Below, piece by piece: positions 33,793 to 44,354 of a DNA stretch of 64,000 nucleotides. The stretch comes from Thainema sp. GTDB taxonomy: Bacteria; Cyanobacteriota; Cyanobacteriia; Phormidesmidales; Phormidesmidaceae. Both the position numbers and the translations under genes were made by a program. The DNA lies in contig JBQLZK010000002.1 of assembly GCA_052168235.1 (NCBI GenBank), forward strand, positions 160,001 to 224,000, written 5' to 3'. The notes under the pieces were generated by a model. It worked only from the letters and a program-made list of their open reading frames with translations. It was not told the DNA's origin and searched no databases. Every line of letters begins with the position of its first letter. Position 1 is the first letter of the stretch.

Positions 33793-35022
33793 TTACGCCT
33801 CGACCATCCGTCCTTTCTGTGGGAACAATCCTCGCGGCTTGAACTGGAGGAAGATAATAATCAGTGCAAACACCATCACCTTGGCCATGCTGGTGTCGGC
33901 AAAGAAGGTAAAGAAATCGTAGAGCGGCTTGGTGGCTCCTTCTGGCGGCAAAATCAGCAGCATCGTCCCGGAACCAATCAGGTACTGGACAATGCCGATA
34001 CTGAGTGCGGCCACAATCGTACCGACCAAGTTGCCGACGCCGCCCACAACCACAACCATGAAGGCGTCCACAATGTAGTTTGCACCTAGGTTTGGCCCCA
34101 CTGCGCCCAGTAGCGTAATGGCGCAGCCCGCTAGCCCAGCTAAACCTGAACCAAGGGCAAAGGTAATCGCATCTACCCGCTCAGTTGGAACGCCTAAACA
34201 AGCGCTCATGCTGCGGTTTTGGGTAACAGACCGAATTCGTAACCCCCAATTTGTGCCGCGCAGGAACCAGTACACGCCTGCGACGCATACAATCGTCAGC
34301 ACAATAATAAAAATCCGGTTAGCCGGAAACTGCATAGCGTTCCCGAGAGAGAAGCCGCCCTGTAGCCAACTGGGGGCTTCAACAGACTTGTTCTGCTTAC
34401 CAAACCAGGCGACGGTGAGCCAGTTGATGCTGGCCCGTTGCCCAGTGGTATAGATGATTGTGCCAATAACGGTGGCAATCACGGCAGATGCGATCGCAAA
34501 AATAGCGGTGAGCCGATTCTGTTGCGTCATCCATTCCGGTCGCTGGCTGCCAATCTTTAAGGCAATAAAGAACAGAATGCCAAATACGAGAAGTGCGATC
34601 GCCATTGATGTGTTTATGCTGCGCACCAGCTCAATCAGGATCAAGCTCACGCCCCAAGTTGCCAACAGCGTTTCCAGTGCCCGACCGTAGAGAAAGCGAA
34701 TCACCCAGCGTTCTAATAGCACACCGATTAAGGCCGCCACAATAAACGCCGCAATCAGCGCCGGAAAGATGTAGGTTTTCTGCCAAAACTGTTCAAAGCC
34801 CTCACTTATCGGTAGGGAAATTCCCAAATTAGCTGGAATTGTCGGCAAAATTTGCACCACGTAAGTGGTGTAAGCCCCTAACATCATCAGTTCACCGTGG
34901 GCCAGGTTAATTACTCCCATCAGGCCAAATACGATGGCCAAACCCAGCGCCACAATCAGGAGCACTGCCCCAATTCCCAAACCATTAAAAATTCCGCTAA
35001 TCAGTTGCTCAATCACACTCAT
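33793..35022 (-). CDS. urtB: Urea ABC transporter permease
   Basis: GLAIVFGLMGVINLAHGE, LETLLATWG, FKPRGLFPQKGR. Confidence 0.95.
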   Translation of the reverse strand: MSVIEQLISGIFNGLGIGAVLLIVALGLAIVFGLMGVINLAHGELMMLGAYTTYVVQILPTIPANLGISLPISEGFEQFWQKTYIFPALIAAFIVAALIGVLLERWVIRFLYGRALETLLATWGVSLILIELVRSINTSMAIALLVFGILFFIALKIGSQRPEWMTQQNRLTAIFAIASAVIATVIGTIIYTTGQRASINWLTVAWFGKQNKSVEAPSWLQGGFSLGNAMQFPANRIFIIVLTIVCVAGVYWFLRGTNWGLRIRSVTQNRSMSACLGVPTERVDAITFALGSGLAGLAGCAITLLGAVGPNLGANYIVDAFMVVVVGGVGNLVGTIVAALSIGIVQYLIGSGTMLLILPPEGATKPLYDFFTFFADTSMAKVMVFALIIIFLQFKPRGLFPQKGRMVEA

Positions 35023-35055
35023 CCCTCAGCCAACGACAGCTCAGTCCATGCCTTG

Positions 35056-35254
35056 TTCCAAATCCGACTAGGAAAAACTCAAATCATTTTTGTGAAAGTT
35101 AGGCACAGCCCAACTTTCACAAAAAATAAAACTGGTTTTCATGAGCGGACTTCATATCACAATCAGACTTATTTTTTGGTGAACAGTTGGGATTCTACGC
35201 CCTGCCAACCGTTTACCAAAAAATAATCTGCGGTTTTCAAACCAAATTCTGTAT
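35056..35254. mobile_element. Two adjacent family B elements (35056-35156 and a 5'-truncated copy ~35160-35254)
   Basis: Each has a T-tract/A-tract hairpin followed by ggttttca...(g/a)a(c/t)tt..ta. Confidence 0.6.
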
Positions 35255-35420
35255 CGTTTGTATCGCCCATCTCTTGACCGGAGAAAGCTTGTAGATAACG
35301 TTAGGGGATTGACAAAGAGGGAGAGCTGTCAGCTTGATCCCCCTTGCGTCATCTCCTAATGGCGATGTCGGCGTTGCAGCTAATTACAAGCTGCGATCGC
35401 AAAACAGCGATATTGAAAAC

Positions 35421-35460
35421 GGCGATTTCAGTATGCAATTGTTCGCACACTGAAATCACC
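35421..35460 (-). terminator. Stem-loop just downstream of urtA (attenuator or mRNA stabiliser)
   Basis: Minus strand ggtgatttcagtgtgc...gcatactgaaatcgcc followed by gtttt; G-U pairs fit the minus strand. Confidence 0.6.
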
Positions 35461-35476
35461 TGTTGAAGACTACCCG

Positions 35477-36832
35477 CTACGCTTCCGCCTGATACTTACC
35501 GCCCTTCGCCGGATCAGACCAGTCACAGGCAAATCCCTTCGTGTCAGGAACATACTGGTTCCAAGGCAGCGGATCAACTGGGCCATCGGTGGATGACACG
35601 ATCTCGAACATACCGTCATCGCGGATCTCACCGATTCTCACCGTCTTAGAAATGTGGTGATTCGGGTTCATCGTGACTAAGCCTTCGGGGGCGTTAAACG
35701 TTTGACCATAGGCTGCTGTCCGCACAGCATTGAGATCGTCAGCTGTTCCAGCTTGCTCAACCGCCTGCTTCCAGAGGTAAACCATGATGTAAGCGGCTTC
35801 CATCGGGTCGTTTGTTACCCGATCATCACCATACTTCGCCTTGAAATCTGCCACCCACTTCTCATTTTCAGGTGTTTCAACGGTTTGGAAGTAGTTCCAA
35901 GCCGCATAATGGCCGGTTAAGAAGTCTGTACCGATCTGGCGAACTTCCTCTTCTGCAATGCTCACCGACATAACAGGATACTTGTCTGGAGTCAGACCCG
36001 CTGACTTCAACTGCTTGAAGAATGCAACGTTGCTGTCTCCGTTTAGGCTATTGAAGATCACGCCGCCATCGGGTAAAGCCGCCCGAATTTTGGCGATGAT
36101 TGGAGTAACCTCAGTATTACCCAGAGGTAGATAGTCTTCTCCAACCGTCTCGCCACCTTTGGCCGTGAGTTGCTCTTTGATAATTGTGTTAGCTGTACGC
36201 GGGAACACATAGTCGGAACCCACTAGGAAGAACTGATTGCCTTTGTTTTCTAGCAGCCAATCCACCGCAGGCTCGATCTGCTGGTTTGGCGCAGCACCCG
36301 TGTAGAAAATGTTTTTCGAGCACTCTTGGCCCTCGTACTGAACGGGATACCAGAGCATGTGATCCTTGGATTCAAACACGGGCAGAACAGCCTTACGGCT
36401 AGCCGATGTCCAGCAGCCAAAGATCGTTACCACTTGATCCTGGTCAATTAGCTTCTCAGCTTTTTCTGCAAAGGTTGGCCAGTCGGATGCACCGTCTTCC
36501 ATGACGAACTCGATCTGCTTGCCGAGTACACCACCGTTGGCGTTAATTTCGTCGATTGCCATCTTCTCAGCATCCACGACGGTCGTTTCGCTAATCGCCA
36601 TCGTGCCGCTCAGGGAGTGCAGAATTCCTACCTTGATCGTGTCACCACTGCTCGGCGCAGCCCCTGTCGTTTCTCCAGTTGTCTCTTCAGTTGTGGACTC
36701 AGTCTCTGTCGTTGCATTGGGACTCGCCCCACATGCCTTCAACAAAATGCTGGTTCCTAATGCAGCAGACCCGTACAGTAAAAATTTCCGTCTACCAAAT
36801 TGACTTGACATGCAGCGTCTCTCCTGACTCAA
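35477..36832 (-). CDS. urtA: Urea ABC transporter substrate-binding protein
   Basis: Twin-Arg/lipoprotein leader, [32 protein letters not shown]. Confidence 0.97.
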   Translation of the reverse strand: MSQERRCMSSQFGRRKFLLYGSAALGTSILLKACGASPNATTETESTTEETTGETTGAAPSSGDTIKVGILHSLSGTMAISETTVVDAEKMAIDEINANGGVLGKQIEFVMEDGASDWPTFAEKAEKLIDQDQVVTIFGCWTSASRKAVLPVFESKDHMLWYPVQYEGQECSKNIFYTGAAPNQQIEPAVDWLLENKGNQFFLVGSDYVFPRTANTIIKEQLTAKGGETVGEDYLPLGNTEVTPIIAKIRAALPDGGVIFNSLNGDSNVAFFKQLKSAGLTPDKYPVMSVSIAEEEVRQIGTDFLTGHYAAWNYFQTVETPENEKWVADFKAKYGDDRVTNDPMEAAYIMVYLWKQAVEQAGTADDLNAVRTAAYGQTFNAPEGLVTMNPNHHISKTVRIGEIRDDGMFEIVSSTDGPVDPLPWNQYVPDTKGFACDWSDPAKGGKYQAEA

Positions 36833-36926
36833 TCAGCCATTCACCACTACGCGATTGACCTAAATCTCTAAATTCTCAGCAACGAAGCTATCGTTAGGTC
36901 AAATACACGTAAGTACACCGAGTGCG

Positions 36927-36968
36927 ATATTAGGCCGATGGTCTAGCAAGAATTGTATTTAACGATAC
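36927..36968 (-). promoter_or_regulatory. Canonical NtcA-activated promoter of urtABCDE
   Basis: GTA-N8-TAC at 36955-36968 (tGTAtttaacgaTACa), 22-nt spacer, -10 TAATAT on the minus strand. Confidence 0.88.
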
Positions 36969-37188
36969 AAATATTCTCTTTCGCGGGATAGATGCCAACT
37001 TACAAAATTAACTATCTAAGTTGGATTCAGCTATTTTGAATGAGTCTCTGCACAGGTATGGTTCAGTAATCAGAATCAATAAAAATTCTCAGCAATGCCA
37101 AATTTGGGCTCCAAACCTTTAAATTACTTAACAATTGAGGCATTTTAGCGCTTGGCGTGAGGCTGGAGACGCGCCATTGAGGGCAATG

Positions 37189-38115
37189 CTATAGCGAGCT
37201 GGAATTGAGGCTATCGGCTTCGCCAGGAGTCTGTGGTAGATGCAGTCCACATTCCTGCTTTAAACCTCGGAAGCGAGTATCTCGTTCATCTTCATCGCTG
37301 GCGGTGAGAGGACGACTCGAATGCCAATCGCCAACCGTGACGTAGCCTTGATCGAACATGGGGTGATAGGGCAGATCGTGCGTGGTTAAGTATTGATAAA
37401 TGTCGCGTGAATTCCAGGTGAGAATGGGATGCACTTTATAGATATCGCCTTGCCGAGCTACCCAGCCCAAGGATTGCCGATGACTGGTTTGCTCACTGCG
37501 TAATCCAGCCAGCCAAGCTGTCGCGCCCAGTTCCTTCAGGGCGCGCTGCATCGGTTCAACCTTGCGCATGTAGTCGTAGCGGTTGAGATCGTCTAAATCA
37601 TCTTCTGCCCAAAGCCTGCCGTAGAGGGCTTCCATGCGAGCTGGACTAATAGGAGATTGATAAACCTTGAGATTGAGGTGCAGTCGTTCGGATAGTTCTT
37701 CGGCAAATTGATATGTCTCTTTGGGTAAATAGCCTGTATCAACCCAAATCACTGGAATATCTGGCACAACGGATGTGACCAAGTGCAGCATGACGGCGGA
37801 TTGGATACCAAAGCTAGTACTCAGCACTAACCCCTCGCCAAAGGTATCAGCAGCCCACTGCACTAGCTGAGTTGATGAAAATCCATCTACGTCCTGGTTG
37901 ACAGCATTTAGATCCAAATCGGGAGGCTGAACCGCATCGCTCAGAATGTGGAGGTCTGAAGATTGCCGATGACGATTATGCTTGATTTGCTGGATAGCAA
38001 GTGAATCCATTTTCTCAGCTGTGATCACTCGTCCATTGTGGTCAGAGGTAGTTGGATTCAGATGCGGCATAGGTCTATCTGCGAATAAACGTTGATGGTG
38101 TTCAATAATAACCAT
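37189..38115 (-). CDS. cysH: Phosphoadenylyl-sulfate (PAPS) reductase; start may be the ATG at 38070
   Basis: [33 protein letters not shown]. Confidence 0.95.
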   Translation of the reverse strand: MVIIEHHQRLFADRPMPHLNPTTSDHNGRVITAEKMDSLAIQQIKHNRHRQSSDLHILSDAVQPPDLDLNAVNQDVDGFSSTQLVQWAADTFGEGLVLSTSFGIQSAVMLHLVTSVVPDIPVIWVDTGYLPKETYQFAEELSERLHLNLKVYQSPISPARMEALYGRLWAEDDLDDLNRYDYMRKVEPMQRALKELGATAWLAGLRSEQTSHRQSLGWVARQGDIYKVHPILTWNSRDIYQYLTTHDLPYHPMFDQGYVTVGDWHSSRPLTASDEDERDTRFRGLKQECGLHLPQTPGEADSLNSSSL

Positions 38116-38160
38116 CTGACTAGTTTATCGCGATGTCTGTTGCTTCAACGTGCCCCGGTA

Positions 38161-38239
38161 TCAGTATTGTGAAATTTCAGTATTGTGAAATTTCAGTATT
38201 GTGAAATTTCAGTATTGTGAAATTTCAGTATTGTGAAAT
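38161..38239. repeat. 16-bp tandem repeat, 5 copies
   Basis: tcagtattgtgaaatt repeated (last copy 15 bp). Confidence 0.97.
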
Positions 38240-38314
38240 GAATGATGGGATTTGGGGCGCTGGGCAAAACGGTTGAGCAGGGGTGAGTGAGGCGAAATTA
38301 AATTAAAGATTAAG

Positions 38315-38444
38315 TCTGGACTGGCTAACGCAATCTGTCGTGTCGGCGCTTCAGGCTGTTCTTGTGGAAGGTTTCGCTTCCCTTGGGCAACCGTAAAGCA
38401 GGGGAAACGGTAAAAACCCTGCACCACACGTTAACCAGTCCAGA
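38315..38444 (-). ncRNA. Candidate structured RNA or IR-bounded element
   Basis: 16-bp closing inverted repeat with internal hairpins. Confidence 0.35.
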
Positions 38445-38975
38445 TGAGGCCGCCACTCTGAATAGGTATTTATCAGAGCGATCACGATCAGCCTCTTTTA
38501 ATCATTGGCCAAATCATCACCATTTTGATCCCTGACACCGTTCTCCTTCGGGATCAAATGAGCAGAGTAAACAGCAAAATCCCTGCGATGGCCTCTGCAA
38601 AAACCTTTCCAAGCTGGAAATGGCTTTGCCTTGCAGTACCTTTATTGTGGCTATTAGTTCCGAAAATGTAATGCAGTTTACAAAAAATCTTAAATATTCT
38701 TAGAGTAGTAACGCTGAGAAGAGGTTTAGGGAAGGGGGTGGGATCAGTTACTAGTGGGTCACTTGGTATGAACATCGCCATTCTTGAAAGAGCCGTTCAC
38801 CCTAGTGCTGCTGAGCGAAGCACTCGAGTAATGGCTATATTCGAGGCAAACGACCCACTAGGTGTTGGATATTGGGTATAAGAGGGCAGGATTCAGCTAT
38901 TCCTGATTTCCCAGTACCTGAAAACCAATACCCAGCGCTCTCGATTCTTTATCGTCAACATCAGCTTGACGGCGA

Positions 38976-39686
38976 CTAGCAAAGGCTGGGCTTACGTTGT
39001 CCCTGTTGTCGCTGTTGATATTGTTGGCGATTAAAGGTTTTTTGCTCCTCCGTCAGAATGTCGGGTTCAGCAGGTGGTCGCATATCCCACTGCACTTCGG
39101 CCAAAAGGAGTAGACAGCCGGATAAAACCGAGCCACTGGCCAGGAACTGCCAGGTCGGGACAAATTGCAGCAGCGGAATTGCCACACAGTGCAATAGTCC
39201 AGCAATAAGGAAGGTGCGCGATCGCAACCCGATGCCGGTACAAAAATAGCCGAGTGCGCTCAAGCCCAACCAGAGAGGACAGAGGTGAATCAAAATCCAG
39301 ACGTTGCTTTGGAAAATGCCGTAGTCGGTTAGGCTGATCCCCAGCAGCATTAGGCCGCTCCAGCAGTAGATGACCCAGCGCAGACGTTCGACTCTGACCC
39401 AGAACCAGGCCAAGTTAGTCATGGTTGCGATCGCAACTGCGACCAAAACGGAGCCACCAATGGCCTGAATCCGCCAGTCAATCGGAGCAAACTGGGCAAT
39501 GCCAAAAATGAGAGCCGTCAGCCAGCCCCAAATGACAAAAATCTGATCGATGCGGGTATACATCAGGGACAGGAGCGTGTACCCCCGGAAACCCCACTGA
39601 ATTTTGAGTAAGCCTTGCTGATCTTGAATGTCGAGTGCTTCTTGCTTGCAGCGCAGGAGCGGTTCAGTCGGATTGAAAAACGTCAT
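38976..39686 (-). CDS. Conserved cyanobacterial membrane protein
   Basis: About six TM helices; MTFFNPTEPLLR, YTRIDQ, QWDMRPP blocks. Confidence 0.8.
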   Translation of the reverse strand: MTFFNPTEPLLRCKQEALDIQDQQGLLKIQWGFRGYTLLSLMYTRIDQIFVIWGWLTALIFGIAQFAPIDWRIQAIGGSVLVAVAIATMTNLAWFWVRVERLRWVIYCWSGLMLLGISLTDYGIFQSNVWILIHLCPLWLGLSALGYFCTGIGLRSRTFLIAGLLHCVAIPLLQFVPTWQFLASGSVLSGCLLLLAEVQWDMRPPAEPDILTEEQKTFNRQQYQQRQQGQRKPSLC

Positions 39687-39813
39687 CGGCTAGAGCAAAG
39701 ATTTAATCTTTAATTTTTGTAAATCACCAGCAAAATTGTAACAAAAAGATACAAGCGCAGGATCAAAAAGTCCTGGATACCCTTTTAAGGGTTTGACTAA
39801 CCCACCCGTTTCT

Positions 39814-39881
39814 GTAGGGGCAGGTTTTGTTAATCGCTTGAGTGCTGTTGATCATCAGCTCACGGCTAAACCTGCCCCTAC
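39814..39881. repeat. GTAG...CTAC inverted doublet (REPIN-like)
   Basis: gtaggggcaggttt ... aaacctgcccctac, perfect 14-bp arms. Confidence 0.8.
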
Positions 39882-39898
39882 GGGATGTTGAAACGCGA

Positions 39899-40603
39899 TT
39901 AGATTAGCCATTGGCAGAGCAAGAAAGCTGCGATCGCACTGCCGACAGGAACGGTCAAATTATCAATTCCCCAGCGAGAGAAGGCTTCGAGCGTGGTTGC
40001 AATCAGGGCGGTGCCGATGGCGACTGAAACTGCGATCTCAAATGGATTGCCTGCCACGAGCAAAATAAGGCTAGTCACAAGGCCACTCATGACAGCCATT
40101 GTCAGAGAGCCTTCCCAGCTTTTTTTGATGCCCCACAGTTCGTAGGGGTGAGCGCCGAAGCGTTGCCCAATGAGCGCCGCAAAGCCGTCGCCCCAGGTCA
40201 TGACCAGAATGCCAATGACCGCAAATTCGGGTCGAGGCATCGGCCAGAAAATGCTGACCAATACGCCAATGCTGACGGCGTAGAAGAAGGTGCCGAGACT
40301 GTTGCGACCGACGCCGTTAATGCTGGGCAAAATCGGCAAGCGATAGGAAATCAGCGCCACGATGCTAAAAATCACCGATGCGCCGATGCTGACCCAGGCC
40401 GGAATTTGCAGCCACCAGGCCAGCAGAATCACGTTACCAGTCCCGATATGCACGATTTTGCGCGTTACTTCTGAATCGAATTTGGTGTAGCGGTTCAGTC
40501 CCTCTGCCAGTCCGCCGACAACGCCTAGCCACCCCAAAACGGCAGCGAGTTGAACGCTTAACGGCAGGACGGAGTTAGATTCATTCAATACGGTTAACAG
40601 CAA
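39899..40603 (-). CDS. Phytol/polyprenol kinase family (VTE5/dolichol kinase-like)
   Basis: RKIVHIGTG, GDGFAALIG, KSWEGS, DNLTVP. Confidence 0.9.
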   Translation of the reverse strand: MLLTVLNESNSVLPLSVQLAAVLGWLGVVGGLAEGLNRYTKFDSEVTRKIVHIGTGNVILLAWWLQIPAWVSIGASVIFSIVALISYRLPILPSINGVGRNSLGTFFYAVSIGVLVSIFWPMPRPEFAVIGILVMTWGDGFAALIGQRFGAHPYELWGIKKSWEGSLTMAVMSGLVTSLILLVAGNPFEIAVSVAIGTALIATTLEAFSRWGIDNLTVPVGSAIAAFLLCQWLI

Positions 40604-40675
40604 GGGAATCGACTCTCCAAAAACTCATTTTTTACCGTACTACGTTCTGAATGCTGCTTCTGAACTCCTCTTGCC

Positions 40676-42601
40676 TCACCTTCTTTGCATCTTATAAATT
40701 GTAAAAGTTTGAGATTGATATAAACGCTCGTAACTAGTGAGATCCGGTAGATTGTCGAACGGTGATTGTTCTGAGGTTGCGGAACTCAATGTCGAAAGTT
40801 GATCCGATAGAACACTGTTGCGTACGACTAATAAGACAGGGTGATTGGCATGAGTTTGAAGCTGATCGGCCAGATCCTCTAGCGTCTGGGGGCGCTTGAT
40901 TTCGCTGAGACGGCTGTAAACATTGAGGCTTGGTTCGTTGATGCCAAAAGCGATTACCGTTTCGCCACAGGTATCGCAGGTTTCCTGGCGCAAACTTTGG
41001 GCCACCGGGCGTAACTGTCCGTCGAGGACTACCGGATCAAGATTCGGCAAGACAGATTGAGTTGCGGTCAGGGCCACGCCACAAAAGACCAGAATACTAA
41101 TTTGCCAAATCCAGAGCAGACGCGGTTTGACCGTGCAAACTGCGATCGCAACAGCTCCAACCCCATATATTGCGGCCAAAATCCAGTGCCAGCCCTGGGT
41201 TTGAACCAGTTCCTGAATCGCGGGTTCTGGGATAAAGCGAGGGGATAGGAAAACTGAGATCGCAAGTAGTCCATACAGTCCGGCAATGAACCCCAAGCCC
41301 CAGCGCAGGCCGCGCGTAGGCCGCTGAATTTGGCGATCCCAGGCTAGGGCACAGAGGTAGGCTAAAGCGGGAAAACCGGGATAGGTATACCAGGGCAGTT
41401 TCGTGGCGGCAATGGTCATAAATAAGGTAATGGCCACAAACCAGAACGCCATGAAGAGCGTTAACTGTTGGTCGGGTGATTGATTGCGCCAATAGGTAGG
41501 CCGCCACCAGGAAACGGTTGAGGTGATTGCTGTGGGTGGTTGAGTTGAGGATTTAGAGTTGTGGACAGATGTCTGATTGGAGTGCCGAGGCAATCTGTGG
41601 GTTGATGATTGATGGAATACTTGACTGAGTATTTGGCTAAGTACTGGATCAAGTAATTGAATCAACAGCGGCATGATCCAAGGAAAGAAGCCGATCAGCG
41701 TGACCGGAATGTAGTACCACCAGGCTCCGGCTTGATTTTGATTGGGTTCTAGAAACCGATCCAGATTGTTGTAGAGAAACGCCTGCTGCAAAAATTCTTG
41801 GCCGTTAACGGCAATGATGGCGATATACCACGGCAGTGCGATCGCACAAAATATTGCGAGTCCCATTAGCCAGGGCGTAGATCGAGACTGGACAGATTGA
41901 GACTGCGAAAAACTGCGATCGCGCCCGCTCCGCATCCACATTCCAAACGGGATCAGCACCAATGCCGCCAGGGCCAGCGCCAGCGGCCCTTTTGACATTA
42001 CGGCCAAGCCTAGCAGCGCAGAAAACGTCAGGTAGCCCCAGCGTTGCCCCGTGCTGTAGCCCCAAAACCAGGCATAGAGTGCTGCCGTCAAGAAGAAAGT
42101 CATCAGCATGTCGTGCTGTCCCACCCGCGCCAGCGCAAACGTGAGCGGATTCGCGGCCAGAAACGTGGCACTGATCAGCGCCACCCGCTCCGAGGCAAAT
42201 CGCCGCACAAACAGCCAGGTGAGCACAACCAACCCCGTACCCGATAGGGCAGACGGCAGCCGCACGGCCCATTCATTGACCCCAATCAGCCGATAGCCAA
42301 TCGCCATCAGCCAGTGCAGCAAAATCGGCTTATCGAAATAAATGCCTTCGTTGTTATAGATCGGCGTAATCCAGTCCTGCCGTACCAGGATCTGCCGCGC
42401 GATCTCGGCCTGTTTGGACTCCGTAATGCTAAATAGGCTGTAACCACCAAGCTGCCAGCCGAACAGCAGCAGGCAGAGTAAAAGCAGGATGAGAAGTGGT
42501 AGTGGAAAAAGTGCGATCGCATTCCGTTGAGTGAGGCGTTTCCAGGCACTGGTGAAACACGGGTTCCATCGTTGCGTAAGTTGACTAACAGGTCGCGGCA
42601 T
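40676..42601 (-). CDS. ArnT/PMT-like glycosyltransferase (GT-C fold)
   Basis: DWITP...FDKPILLHW, EWAVRLPSA, SKGPLA, TKLPWY. Confidence 0.9.
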   Translation of the reverse strand: MPRPVSQLTQRWNPCFTSAWKRLTQRNAIALFPLPLLILLLLCLLLFGWQLGGYSLFSITESKQAEIARQILVRQDWITPIYNNEGIYFDKPILLHWLMAIGYRLIGVNEWAVRLPSALSGTGLVVLTWLFVRRFASERVALISATFLAANPLTFALARVGQHDMLMTFFLTAALYAWFWGYSTGQRWGYLTFSALLGLAVMSKGPLALALAALVLIPFGMWMRSGRDRSFSQSQSVQSRSTPWLMGLAIFCAIALPWYIAIIAVNGQEFLQQAFLYNNLDRFLEPNQNQAGAWWYYIPVTLIGFFPWIMPLLIQLLDPVLSQILSQVFHQSSTHRLPRHSNQTSVHNSKSSTQPPTAITSTVSWWRPTYWRNQSPDQQLTLFMAFWFVAITLFMTIAATKLPWYTYPGFPALAYLCALAWDRQIQRPTRGLRWGLGFIAGLYGLLAISVFLSPRFIPEPAIQELVQTQGWHWILAAIYGVGAVAIAVCTVKPRLLWIWQISILVFCGVALTATQSVLPNLDPVVLDGQLRPVAQSLRQETCDTCGETVIAFGINEPSLNVYSRLSEIKRPQTLEDLADQLQTHANHPVLLVVRNSVLSDQLSTLSSATSEQSPFDNLPDLTSYERLYQSQTFTIYKMQRR

Positions 42602-44354
42602 CCGTCGGTATTAGGGCATCCAAGCCAATCAAATACCCCCATTCTACGGACTTGAATGAGAATCAATTGATCCGTTCGGATGTTTATCCTGGCGGGGCTC
42701 ATTGTGCCCAGTGACAAGCAGTTTGGCCCTGCGAAACAACATGAGGCTGTTTATAGAAGCGTAAGCCACCTTTGCTATTTACTCGTTTTTACAAGGCGTC
42801 TTCAAATAGTTAATCCATTCAATTGTGCAAAGTTGGGTAGGTTAGCTGCAGCCGCCTCTTATAAATCTTTTATGTTTGCTAGGCGTCAATGAAACCTGGG
42901 GAATTTGCATTACGGATTTGCACATTTTTATAATCTTTTCTTTATTTTCTGATCTAATTGTGTAGGCTGAGTTTTAATTTTTGCGGGCTTAAAATAAACT
43001 CCAGCGAAATATTGCAGTCAAGAATAATTACTGCGTTAGGCTACAGGAGATAGTTAAGTATACCCGTTCTACCTCTCGGAACTGATTAAAACTGCGGTGT
43101 GTAGCGAATTAATTAAACTTGTAAAAGGTATTAGATAATACTTTTGATTGACGAAATATTTGTTTTTTAGCTCTACCTTCCTTCCACTGATAGAGACGGT
43201 CTTCCCCCTCTTCATGAGACACTGAATTAAGGATTAAACACATAATCCTGTGCCAAAATTTCTGCTAAAAGATCGCAACTGAATGTGTTGACCATGCTTA
43301 TTCCTATGCAACTAACAGAGCTGATGTCCATCTTCATGACATTAAATTCAGATTGCAAGATTAATTAAAGTCAATCACATCAATAGATAAATCTGCGATT
43401 TTTTATCGCTAAGAATTTTCCTACATCCATAAGAAGATTCTTAGACGAATCACACCCTTGACTGAAGTCTTCCATCTGTTGTCTACATCATTCAACAATG
43501 CATTATCAAGATTTCCATCAAAATGTAAGCAGATGTTTCTCTAGCCAGAGTAATAATCGAGCACACTTTATTCGACATATATGTTCACCAGCCTGGTATA
43601 AAGTGCAACAAGATCAGTAGCGTTTTTAGCGCGTTTATGTAACTATTGCAGCCTCATTGTAAAGATAGTTTAATTTAGACTTGCCAAAAGCATGAGTTAG
43701 CTGCTAACTCAGTACTGACGTTGAAATTGACTTTGCTCAGCAACTGCATCAAATCTAATTTTTATGTTCTTGATTTTAGGCAAAGTCTAGTTTAGTCTCT
43801 ATCCACGGTGCTTCACCCAACCAGGGTAAAGCTTTCGTTAACTAGGCACCCAGATGGATGGGATTGTAGTTCAGGGAACAGATCGAGTCGTTGGTTCAAG
43901 TATTGTTAGCTCAGAGTTCGAGCACGGTGTTCATGTTGATAGCCATTCGTACCGCCTAGAGGGAAATCTCAGGCACGCGGTTAGATGACACGTTAGATAG
44001 AGTCTCGTTCAAAGCGAAGCAATACACTACTTGCTCAGATGTCTTGACAATTAGCGCTTGAGTTTCGGGGACGTCTGGGCCGTCACATAGGTCTTGCACG
44101 GATCTGTATAGATCTATATCGATGTTTTGTATATCTTGATGAACTAATCCTTAAGATTTCCCAAAATATTTGTCAGGCTTCAGCTCCATTTTGGGACTGC
44201 CTAGATGGGTATTTCAACTGTCAAGCTCTACCCCAATTTATTTCTGAAAAATACTCCTACATGTTGTATTGACGTTTGATTCATAATGTCTTAGTTTTTC
44301 GATACTTTCTGGTTCGCACAATTTGTAAACGTAAGGTAAGGCGCGGCATTCGAT

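Noticed and set aside
38161..38239. CRISPR array
   Set aside because: Units are contiguous with no spacers, only 16 bp long, and no cas genes are present
38793..38855. Glutamine riboswitch (cgttcacc...agtaa...aacg)
   Set aside because: Lacks the GGAAGUA / GAAG core, and there is no same-strand downstream gene
39738..39752. NtcA site
   Set aside because: Spacing is GTA-N9-TAC rather than N8
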